From the NCBI GenBank assembly GCA_045637865.1, contig JAZUAF010000009.1, positions 1,059 through 65,058 of the forward strand: a DNA stretch of 64,000 nt, written 5' to 3'. A model generated the notes under the pieces. It ran no database searches and was not told the DNA's origin. It saw only the letters and a program-made list of their open reading frames with translations. This document shows positions 9,391-16,901 of this stretch, one piece after another. Position numbers and translations under genes: made by a program. Source of the stretch: Christensenellaceae bacterium. Its GTDB lineage: Bacteria; Bacillota; Clostridia; Christensenellales; Borkfalkiaceae. How positions within the stretch are numbered: position 1 is the stretch's first letter; each line of letters begins with the position of its first letter.

Positions 9391-10740
9391 ATGAAAGCTT
9401 ATGAAAGAGTAAAAAAATACGGCGAGATAATGTCACTTGCCGAGCGTTATATTTGGCAAAACCCCGAGGTTGGTTATAAAGAATATAAGACGGATGCTTA
9501 TATGAAAAAAGCCTTCCGTGACCTCGGGTATGAAATAAAAGAAGCAGGGGATATTACCGGCTTTTCGGCAGAAATAGATACTGGGAGAAAAGGTCCTACT
9601 ATTGCTGTAATTGCCGAGCTTGATGCACTCTATTGTGTATCCCACCCCGAAACAAGCAAGGAAACGGGTGCCGTTCACGCTTGTGGACACAACGTTCAGT
9701 GCGCATCAATTATAGGCGTTGCATCGGCAATGAAAGAGGAAGGTGCCCTCGACAATCTCAGTGGCAAAATTAGGTTTATTATCGTTCCTGCTGAGGAAGG
9801 CGTTGAAATTGCGTATAGGAGCGAGCTTATAAAAGAAGGCAAAATCTCCTTTGTCGCAGGCAAGCCGGAGTTTATTAAAAGAGGCTTTTTTGACGGGGTA
9901 GACGTTGCGTTTATGGTGCATACGGCTAATCTCGTTTCAAAGGGAAATCCACCATACTACGTTAGTGGTGGCATAAGTAACGGAAATATAAAAAAGAGAA
10001 TCATCGTTAAAGGGAAAGCTGCCCACGCAGGCTCAAGACCGTACGAGGGGGTTAACGCCCACAACGCTTGTTCGCTTATGACTAACGCCGTAAACTATTT
10101 AAGGGAAACCTTTAAGGAGGAAGATACGGTTAGATTCCACGGCTTTGTAACGGATGGTGGAAGTTCTGTTAACGTTGTTCCCGATAAAGTTGTTATGGAG
10201 TGTTACGTTAGGGCAAATAACGTACCTGCTATGAGAAAAGCTAACGAAAAGGTTAATAGGGCAATAGCTTGCGCAGTTGCTTCAATAGGAGCAGAGGTGG
10301 AAATAAACGATATTCCCGGCTCTGAGCCCGTTAGAAACGATAGAAATCTTGCTAGCCTTGCCATTGAGGTGGCAAAGGATATAGCAGGAGAGAACGGATG
10401 CTACGTTTCTTATGGAAAGGGTGGCGGTTCAACCGATATGGGTGACGTTTCTTCCGTTTTTCCATCAATCCACGCTTACGTTGGTGGGATTGAGGGTATC
10501 TCTCACGGCAAGGATTATAGAATCGTCGATTCTAAGAAAATTTGTGTTGACTCAGCAAGTTTTCAAGTTGGGGTTTTAGAGGAACTCTTAAAAGACGGGG
10601 CAAAGAGAGCTAAAGAAATCATAGAAAAGGCTGATATGCCCTTTAAGTCAATAAAGGAGTATCTCAACTACAAAGAGTCTATTGGAAAGGTTTTAACTCC
10701 CGTTGAAATTATAGACAACGGAGTAAAAATAAAAATTTAA
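9391..10740 (+). CDS. M20 family amidohydrolase (AbgB-like), paralog 2
   Basis: I chose ATG 9391 (AGGAGAG RBS) over the TTG at 9370. It shares long identical runs with paralog 1 (KETGAVHACGHN, LSGKIRFIIVPAEEGVEI, RGFFDGVDVAFMVH). Confidence 0.75.
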   Translation: MKAYERVKKYGEIMSLAERYIWQNPEVGYKEYKTDAYMKKAFRDLGYEIKEAGDITGFSAEIDTGRKGPTIAVIAELDALYCVSHPETSKETGAVHACGHNVQCASIIGVASAMKEEGALDNLSGKIRFIIVPAEEGVEIAYRSELIKEGKISFVAGKPEFIKRGFFDGVDVAFMVHTANLVSKGNPPYYVSGGISNGNIKKRIIVKGKAAHAGSRPYEGVNAHNACSLMTNAVNYLRETFKEEDTVRFHGFVTDGGSSVNVVPDKVVMECYVRANNVPAMRKANEKVNRAIACAVASIGAEVEINDIPGSEPVRNDRNLASLAIEVAKDIAGENGCYVSYGKGGGSTDMGDVSSVFPSIHAYVGGIEGISHGKDYRIVDSKKICVDSASFQVGVLEELLKDGAKRAKEIIEKADMPFKSIKEYLNYKESIGKVLTPVEIIDNGVKIKI

Positions 10741-10764
10741 AAAATTTTATATAGGAGAAACACT

Positions 10765-11388
10765 ATGGAATTCAAAGTATTTCAAAAAGAAATCGAACTT
10801 CAGTCTAAAGGTTGGAGACCCACCTTCCACGACGTAACTAGCGATATTCTTCACATTGTTGAAGAATCTGGCATCAAAAACGGTACCGTAACTATCGCAT
10901 CACACCACACCACTTGCTCGGTTATGGTTCAGGAATGCTCTCACGATATCGATAAATACGACTTAGAATATCTCCAGCACGATATCTTAAAGATTATGCA
11001 AAAGCTCGTTCCCGATTACGATGAAAACAATGAGTATATGCACCCAGGTCCTATTCACACCCAGTTCGGTAGATACGTTAACGAACCCGGTGACTTCACT
11101 TCCTTAAATACCGACGGACACCTTCGTTCAGTATTCTTTGGCAGAAGCGAAGCTATGACCATTAAGGACGGCGTTTTAGACGGTGGCGAATTTGCTCACG
11201 TTTACTTTATTGACTGGGACCAAGTTAGAGCAAGAAGACGTCAGCTCAACGTAACCGTTATGGGTACCACCGAAGAAAAGATTAACGATAGAAAATATAA
11301 CGACGGAAAGGTTGTTAATACTTTAAGAAAATACACCGAAGAAGAGAAAGCTTACGACGTTCACTACGACCTTCAGTGGAAGAGATAA
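10765..11388 (+). CDS. YjbQ/UPF0047 family protein with C-terminal extension
   Basis: The N-terminal ~140 aa match the YjbQ pattern (TFHDVTSDI..., GTVTIASHHTTCSVMVQE, GHLRSVFFG). About 60 extra C-terminal residues follow. Confidence 0.75.
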   Translation: MEFKVFQKEIELQSKGWRPTFHDVTSDILHIVEESGIKNGTVTIASHHTTCSVMVQECSHDIDKYDLEYLQHDILKIMQKLVPDYDENNEYMHPGPIHTQFGRYVNEPGDFTSLNTDGHLRSVFFGRSEAMTIKDGVLDGGEFAHVYFIDWDQVRARRRQLNVTVMGTTEEKINDRKYNDGKVVNTLRKYTEEEKAYDVHYDLQWKR

Positions 11389-11406
11389 TAACAAAATAGG
11401 TTAGAC

Positions 11407-12363
11407 ATGTTTTTCGTTGCACTAGAACAGGTAGGCGTATTCCTAATTTATATTTTGCTTGGCTACTTACTTGCAAGATTAAAAATTATAGATAAATCGG
11501 CGAGTAAAGGTTTATCAAAATTATTAACGATGGCTTTTTTGCCTGCTTATATAATTTTAAATCTAATGAACAATGCGTCTGTAGAAAATCTTTCAAGCTA
11601 TTTCGTGTTGTTTATTGCAGGGCTTGTGTTTATGCTCGTTGCATACTTTGCTCTAAAACCAATTGCTAATCGTTTAGGTAAATCTAAAATAGAAAAAAAT
11701 TGCTATTTATATATGATTATGATTGGTAATTTCGGTTATCTAGGCTATCCCTTAGTGGAAACGATGTTTAATTCTGTTGTAAACACGCAGTTTATTATTT
11801 TTTGTTTGCCAATAAGTATAGTTATTCATTCCTATGGATATATACTTTTAACTGACAACGGAGAGGAGAGCAGTAGTAAATTTAATCCAAAATCGCTATT
11901 GTCACCGCCAGTTTTGGCAGTTGTAATAGGCTTGATTTTAGGAATTTTGCCTTTTGAAATGCCCGAGATAGTTTCTAGTATATTAACGCCTGCAAAGAAC
12001 TGTATGTCTCCTTGCGCTATGATTTTAGCGGGAATCGTTTTATCATCGTTCTCTCTTAAGGAATTGTTTTCATCAGTTAAGGCGTATGTAACTAGTGGAA
12101 TAACATTAATTGCTGTACCGTTGTTTTTTGGCGGTATATCTTATTCGCTTTGTAAATTTTTACCAGTCCCCAAAGAAGTATTTATTATGGTAACTAGCTT
12201 TTGCTGTTTGCCTGCAGGTATGAACGTTGTAGTTTTTCCAGAATCTGTCGGGCACGATAGTTCAACTGGGGCAAGAACTTGTTTCTGTGCATACGTATTG
12301 TCGGTGATAACGCTTCCGTTAATGTTTACGCTTATTGAATATATCGCGGCAACGCTAATTTAG
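11407..12363 (+). CDS. AEC (auxin efflux carrier) family transporter
   Basis: 318-aa polytopic membrane protein with two 5-TM halves separated by a short hydrophilic loop, as is typical of the AEC family. Confidence 0.75.
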   Translation: MFFVALEQVGVFLIYILLGYLLARLKIIDKSASKGLSKLLTMAFLPAYIILNLMNNASVENLSSYFVLFIAGLVFMLVAYFALKPIANRLGKSKIEKNCYLYMIMIGNFGYLGYPLVETMFNSVVNTQFIIFCLPISIVIHSYGYILLTDNGEESSSKFNPKSLLSPPVLAVVIGLILGILPFEMPEIVSSILTPAKNCMSPCAMILAGIVLSSFSLKELFSSVKAYVTSGITLIAVPLFFGGISYSLCKFLPVPKEVFIMVTSFCCLPAGMNVVVFPESVGHDSSTGARTCFCAYVLSVITLPLMFTLIEYIAATLI

Positions 12364-12393
12364 AAAAAAATCCACCAGATGGTGGATTTTTTT
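12364..12393. terminator. Bidirectional intrinsic terminator
   Basis: A7, stem ATCCACC (12370-12376) / GGTGGAT (12381-12387), T7. It serves the AEC operon and the convergent 12415-12852 gene. Confidence 0.8.
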
Positions 12394-12414
12394 GTAGATG
12401 GCAAAGTTTTAATG

Positions 12415-12852
12415 TTATAAAAACTTTTTTAACCTTTGCTCGTATTCCTCTTCAAGAGCTAACAATTCGTCTAAATAAGGTGCAATTTCTTCTGATAGGG
12501 TATTTTCTTCGTTTTTCATAGCCGTTAGCTCGTTAATGCCCATAACGGTGCCGTTAATCATCATTTCGGCGATTTGGTTTCGACTATTGTTAATCATAGT
12601 CTTCATTTTTATACTTCCCCAAAGCATAGCTTTTTTAAAAGGGTTAATGTCTTTTGCTTCTAAGCCTTTCTCTACCATAAAAGAGGAAATTTTTCCGATG
12701 ACCTTTTCGTAGCCTTCGTATTGATTTTTAAGCTCGGATTTTAGTTCCTCGTCCTCAACGGAGGGGAGGAGGTCTGAAATGCTTTGAAGTGCTATGTGTG
12801 CGTTTTTGTAAACGTCGTTTATCGCTTTAATTTCATAGTCGTTAATGTTCAT
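12415..12852 (-). CDS. Hypothetical all-helical protein (145 aa)
   Basis: Clean ORF with an RBS (plus-strand complement AGGAGA at about 12860) between a terminator and a promoter region. I do not confidently recognise a family. Confidence 0.5.
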   Translation of the reverse strand: MNINDYEIKAINDVYKNAHIALQSISDLLPSVEDEELKSELKNQYEGYEKVIGKISSFMVEKGLEAKDINPFKKAMLWGSIKMKTMINNSRNQIAEMMINGTVMGINELTAMKNEENTLSEEIAPYLDELLALEEEYEQRLKKFL

Positions 12853-12928
12853 AATAATCTCCTAAATTTAGTTTTTGATAATAGTTTGATAAAGTTTAGA
12901 AAAATTATGTAAAATATATAAAAAACGT

Positions 12929-12957
12929 TTGACAAAATAAAGAAAAAATAATAAAAT
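12929..12957 (+). promoter_or_regulatory. Sigma-A promoter of rplU-rpmA
   Basis: TTGACA (12929-12934), 17-nt spacer, TAAAAT (12952-12957). Confidence 0.65.
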
Positions 12958-13047
12958 AATATGCGAACCGCTCGAGAGAGGTTTTTTAAAAGTGCAAAAA
13001 TTAGCCACCTCAAATTCACACTCGGCGAGATTAAAACGGAGGCAGAA
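12958..13047 (+). promoter_or_regulatory. Possible ribosomal-protein L21 leader
   Basis: A ~90-nt untranslated leader lies between the promoter and the rplU ATG, with local complementarity (GAGGT 12978-12982 / ACCTC 13006-13010). Firmicutes commonly carry an L21 leader here. It was not folded. Confidence 0.3.
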
Positions 13048-13356
13048 ATGTACGCAATCGTAGAAAATGGCAACAAGCAGTACAAAGCAGAAATCGGTTC
13101 CGTAATCAAATTCGAAAAGCTCGATGCAAACGTTGGTGACAAGGTTGAACTCAACGTATTGATGGTAGCAGACGAAAACGGAATCAAAGTAGCAGAAGAA
13201 GCTAAGGCTTATAAGGCAGTAGGCGAAGTAACCGAACAGGGCAAAGCTAAGAAAATTATTGTTTATAAGTATAAAGCTAAGAAAAATGAAAGGAAAAAGC
13301 AAGGTCATAGGCAGCCTTTCACCGCAGTAAAGATTTTAGAAATCGTTGCAAAGTAA
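13048..13356 (+). CDS. rplU: 50S ribosomal protein L21
   Basis: MYAIVENGNKQYK... is the canonical L21 N-terminus. ATG 13048 follows GGAGG. The upstream part of the longer ORF in the track is leader. Confidence 0.95.
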   Translation: MYAIVENGNKQYKAEIGSVIKFEKLDANVGDKVELNVLMVADENGIKVAEEAKAYKAVGEVTEQGKAKKIIVYKYKAKKNERKKQGHRQPFTAVKILEIVAK

Positions 13357-13374
13357 GAGTTGGAGGGTTAAATT

Positions 13375-13647
13375 ATGATATTATTTAGATTATTTGCTCA
13401 CCACAAAGGTGGCGGTAGCACCAAAAACGGCAGAGACAGTAATGCAAAGAGACTTGGCATCAAAGCAACTGATGGACAGGAAGTTTTAGCTGGTAGCATT
13501 ATCGTTCGTCAGAGAGGCACCAAGATTCATCCCGGTAACAACGTAGGTATCGGAAGTGACGATACGCTTTATGCTCTTATTGACGGTGTAGTTAAGTTCG
13601 AAAGAATGGGCAGACTTGATAAGAAAGTTAGCGTATACGCAAAATAA
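13375..13647 (+). CDS. rpmA: 50S ribosomal protein L27 with N-terminal propeptide-like extension
   Basis: [21 protein letters not shown] is the conserved L27 N-terminus. It is preceded by MILFRLF. The GGAGGG RBS lies 7 nt upstream of ATG 13375. Confidence 0.95.
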   Translation: MILFRLFAHHKGGGSTKNGRDSNAKRLGIKATDGQEVLAGSIIVRQRGTKIHPGNNVGIGSDDTLYALIDGVVKFERMGRLDKKVSVYAK

Positions 13648-13660
13648 TTAAAAAGGATTT

Positions 13661-13687
13661 CGGGTTGATTAATCAGCCCGATTTTTT
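13661..13687 (+). terminator. Intrinsic terminator after rpmA
   Basis: CGGGTTGATT (13661-13670) / AATCAGCCCG (13671-13680) forms a hairpin with one G.U pair, followed by a T-run (13682-13687). Confidence 0.75.
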
Positions 13688-13692
13688 CTATT

Positions 13693-14541
13693 ATGGTAAC
13701 TATTAAGGTAAGTTCTAATTTTTTTTCGGTAAAGGATACGCTGTTTTGTGGGCAAATTTTCCACTTTGAGCCGTATAGGGAAGGATTTAAGGTGTATGCA
13801 GAGGACAAGTGTTGTTACGCTTATAATCGTGGAGAATTGGCGCATATAGAGTGCAGAGAAGAAGACGAGCAGTTTTTCTATAATTTTTTTGACCTGGGGA
13901 CAGATTATAGCGAAATTTTTGAGAGTGCAATAAACAGTGGATATGACGTTTTAGAAAGAGCGGCTAGAGAGGGAAGAGGCGTTAGAATATTAAACCAAAA
14001 TCCACTTGAGATGTTGTTTTCATTTATCATATCGCAAAATAATAATATACCGAGAATTAAAAAAAGCATAGAAAAGCTTTGCCAAGCTTTGGGCGAAGAG
14101 AGAACCTTTGTTGGGGAAAAGTACTACGCTTTTCCAAGCTTAAATAAAATGGCTAGCGAGTCTCTAGAGTTTTATAAAAGCATAGGCCTAGGGTATCGTG
14201 CCGAGTACGTTTTGAGATTGGCAAATGAGCTTGAAAATCAAGGCTTTATGGTGGAAGAACTAAAAAAGCTTTCAACTAAAGAGCTTAAAAAAGAGCTTAT
14301 AAAAATTCACGGGGTTGGAGAAAAGGTTGCGGATTGCGTGCTTCTTTTCGGATTTAAGAGAACGGATAGCTTCCCCGTGGATACTTGGATAGATAAGGTG
14401 TATAGGGAAAATTTTAACGGAAAGGAAAAGGACAGAAATAAAATTACTGCCTACTTTTTACATTTGTTTAAGGAAAAAAGTGGATATTTTCAGCAGTATT
14501 TGTTTTATTACAAGAGGTCTTTAGAGGAAAAGAAGAAATAA
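13693..14541 (+). CDS. ogg: 8-oxoguanine DNA glycosylase / HhH-GPD family DNA glycosylase-lyase
   Basis: It has an OGG_N-like start (FCGQIFHF), an HhH-GPD motif (IHGVGEKVADCVLLFG) and a following Asp (FPVDTW). Confidence 0.75.
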   Translation: MVTIKVSSNFFSVKDTLFCGQIFHFEPYREGFKVYAEDKCCYAYNRGELAHIECREEDEQFFYNFFDLGTDYSEIFESAINSGYDVLERAAREGRGVRILNQNPLEMLFSFIISQNNNIPRIKKSIEKLCQALGEERTFVGEKYYAFPSLNKMASESLEFYKSIGLGYRAEYVLRLANELENQGFMVEELKKLSTKELKKELIKIHGVGEKVADCVLLFGFKRTDSFPVDTWIDKVYRENFNGKEKDRNKITAYFLHLFKEKSGYFQQYLFYYKRSLEEKKK

Positions 14542-14580
14542 AAAAACGGCAGAAAGAAAAAACTCTTTCTGCCGTACGTT
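14541..14580. terminator. Hairpin terminator between convergent genes
   Basis: 11-bp stem ACGGCAGAAAG (14546-14556) / CTTTCTGCCGT (14565-14575). The A-run on the left gives a U-tract for the minus-strand gene. The U-tract is weaker for the plus strand. Confidence 0.65.
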
Positions 14581-14592
14581 TTATAGGGCGAA

Positions 14593-15132
14593 TTAAAAGA
14601 AGATGAGGTCAACGATTCCCGTGAGTGAAAGCACTGCTCCAGCCGAATAATAGAATATTGCAGTCTGTGCAAGGCTGGGAAGATATAAAAGTGCAAAGAA
14701 TATTCCTGAAACGAGGGTGATTACTGCAACGAAGATATAGAAAGCTAAAGATTTTTGCGACTTAAACTTTTTAATAAACAGGCATAAAAGAACAATTCCG
14801 TAGATAAACATAATTATTCCTGCAGTAATTAAGAATACGGTGTTGGCTTTGTCTTTAAATATTGCAAGTAGAATTCCAACCACAAACAAAATAAATGAGA
14901 TGAGAAGGGTAAAGAAATTGTCTTTGGAGAAGGTGTTATTCTTTATGCAATTTTTTATGCAGTTAATAAAAACATAAAAGGAAAAAACTATTAGAGCAAT
15001 AGCGACAATTTGTGCTAAAATAGTGAAAATAGTTTCTCCCGTAAGGCAAAGAAGAATTCCCATAAAAAGGAGAATAGCTCCAACTAGGCGAATTGCATTA
15101 TTAGAAAAAATATTCTTAATAGAATCAATCAT
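14593..15132 (-). CDS. Small polytopic membrane protein (DUF308/HdeD-like by appearance)
   Basis: 179 aa with about 6 hydrophobic helices in a repeated pattern. The family assignment is tentative. Confidence 0.5.
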   Translation of the reverse strand: MIDSIKNIFSNNAIRLVGAILLFMGILLCLTGETIFTILAQIVAIALIVFSFYVFINCIKNCIKNNTFSKDNFFTLLISFILFVVGILLAIFKDKANTVFLITAGIIMFIYGIVLLCLFIKKFKSQKSLAFYIFVAVITLVSGIFFALLYLPSLAQTAIFYYSAGAVLSLTGIVDLIFF

Positions 15133-15423
15133 TTTAAGCCTCCTTTTGCGAGCAAAGCGTAAACTTCTTGTATTATAATATATTGTAACATAATAGAAAA
15201 ATTTGTCAAAGGGGTAAACGTAGAAATTTTTTTAAAATTTTTTTCATTGTGGAAAAAACTTTAATTTTTAAGTAACGTGATTTAGTTATTTTTATAAAAA
15301 CCTACTTATTTTTTGCAAAAATAACGGTAAAACACCCTAAAATTTGCAAATCATGTTAATTAACAAGTAGGTGTTTTTTATTGATTTTAGTATAAAAATA
15401 GGGAGCTGTATAAAAAATATCAC

Positions 15424-15452
15424 TTGACAAAGGCGAAAAAACCCCCTATAAT
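15424..15452 (+). promoter_or_regulatory. Consensus sigma-A promoter of the two-SIS-domain gene
   Basis: TTGACA (15424-15429), 17-nt spacer, TATAAT (15447-15452). Confidence 0.75.
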
Positions 15453-15493
15453 TTAAAAATGTGTAAAGAAAATAAAAATTAGGAGAATAAAAA

Positions 15494-16576
15494 ATGGATT
15501 ACAAGTCAACTTTAATGTGGAAAGAAATTAACGAAACCCCCAGAATTTTCAGTGAAATCCAGGGCGAAAACAAGGAAGTAATGGCAAAGCTTGTAAAAGC
15601 AATCAAGGAAAGCTCAGCTACAAACTTTGTTGCAGCCGCAAGGGGTACTTCAAACCACGCCTTAGTGTATTTCAAGTATCTTCTCGAAATTAATTCTAAC
15701 TATACATTGGGTCTTTCTGCACCGTCCGTTCTTACTCTCTACAAAGGAAAAGTAAACTATAAAAACAGTATCATTATCGGTTGTTCGCAGAGTGGTAAGG
15801 CAGAGGACGTAAGGCAGGTTATCAAAATGGGCAACGACCAAGGCGCAATCACTATCGGTATTACTAACGATAGAGAAAGCCCCATCGCAAAGGAAGCTAA
15901 ATTCCACCTCTACTGTGATGCTGGCGAGGAAAAGAGTGTTGCAGCTACTAAGACGTTTAGCTCACAGCTATATCTACTTTTGTGGCTTGCTTCTGAACTT
16001 TCCGATATGAAGGCAGACCTTAAACAGCTTAAAATTTTAGATAAGGAAATTGAAAATATTATTCCTCAGATTGACGAGCTTACAACCAAGTATGCTGAGA
16101 AGTTTAAGGATATGAAGGAGGGGTTTGTATTATCTCGTGGTATTACTTACGCAATCGCACTAGAGTCAACCTTAAAGCTTCAAGAAACTTGTTATATCCA
16201 AATGAAAGGATATGCCGGCTCAGAATTCTATCACGGACCAATGGCAATGGTTAACCAAAACACCCCCGTTCTCATTTATTGCGCTAAAAACAGTGGTGAC
16301 GAAGAAATGCAGTCAATTGTTCGTGCAGACCAGATTAAGTGCGTGGAGAAAATGCTCTCTCTCGGTGCACCTGTGCTTTTAGTTACTAACGATAAGCTCT
16401 TAACTGGAAGATTCAAAAAATGTAACGACGCATTGATTAACTTTAGCGCATCAGAAGAATTTGCTATGTTTGCCTTTGCGCTATTTGCACAAATGTTTGC
16501 TTGCAAAGTTTCCTGTGCTATCGGAAACAATCCAGATGCTCCTAGGGCGTTATCAAAGGTAACTATTACTAAATAG
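15494..16576 (+). CDS. Tandem-SIS-domain protein (GlmS isomerase-half / AgaS / FrlB-like, no glutaminase domain)
   Basis: 360 aa with two SIS domains (AARGTSNHALVYFKY, GCSQSGKAEDV, SVAATKTFSSQL). It is monocistronic, lying between its own promoter and terminator. Confidence 0.8.
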   Translation: MDYKSTLMWKEINETPRIFSEIQGENKEVMAKLVKAIKESSATNFVAAARGTSNHALVYFKYLLEINSNYTLGLSAPSVLTLYKGKVNYKNSIIIGCSQSGKAEDVRQVIKMGNDQGAITIGITNDRESPIAKEAKFHLYCDAGEEKSVAATKTFSSQLYLLLWLASELSDMKADLKQLKILDKEIENIIPQIDELTTKYAEKFKDMKEGFVLSRGITYAIALESTLKLQETCYIQMKGYAGSEFYHGPMAMVNQNTPVLIYCAKNSGDEEMQSIVRADQIKCVEKMLSLGAPVLLVTNDKLLTGRFKKCNDALINFSASEEFAMFAFALFAQMFACKVSCAIGNNPDAPRALSKVTITK

Positions 16577-16595
16577 TTTTAATTAAAGAAATTAA

Positions 16596-16619
16596 AGCCT
16601 ACCTCGGTAGGCTTTTTTT
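16596..16619 (+). terminator. Intrinsic terminator after the tandem-SIS gene
   Basis: GCCTACC (16597-16603) / GGTAGGC (16607-16612 region) hairpin followed by T7. Confidence 0.8.
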
Positions 16620-16675
16620 GTATAACAAGGTAAAAAATGTGGGCATGACAGGGGCGGGAACGTTTATAATTTTCC

Positions 16676-16704
16676 TTGCATTTTTTGTTTAGCAGTGATA
16701 TAAT
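16676..16704 (+). promoter_or_regulatory. Extended -10 sigma-A promoter of the LRR gene leader
   Basis: TTGCAT (16676-16681), 17-nt spacer ending in TG, TATAAT (16699-16704). Confidence 0.65.
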
Positions 16705-16710
16705 AAATGT

Positions 16711-16879
16711 GCGACTCAGTTTAATATTTCAAGGACAAGTATACTTAGGGTGTAAGTGTACCTATTTCGCATTACATAGAAATCTTGTTCTTGAGATTGA
16801 TTTGTTAAACTGAGTGTCGCAACTTAAGCGAAATGTCACTTTGCCAGGTGTCGTTTTGTTTAGGAACGGCACTTTTTTT
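16711..16879 (+). ncRNA. Unclassified structured cis-regulatory leader with intrinsic terminator (riboswitch/attenuator candidate)
   Basis: A long-range helix pairs 16711-16724 with 16805-16820 (14 bp with a 2-nt bulge). Internal hairpins lie at 16740-16760 and 16781-16798. The terminator is 16848-16855 / 16865-16872 plus T7. A duplicated GTGTCG hexamer allows alternative pairing. Confidence 0.45.
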
Positions 16880-16901
16880 ATACGTTTTTTAGGAGAAGTT
16901 T

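Noticed and set aside
12849-13308. Minus-strand ORFs of 112 and 146 aa overlapping the rplU promoter, leader and coding region.
   Set aside because: Their composition is low-complexity and rich in Phe, Leu and Ile, as expected from reading AT-rich DNA antisense. They overlap a ribosomal protein gene with a consensus promoter and RBS, and they have no RBS of their own.
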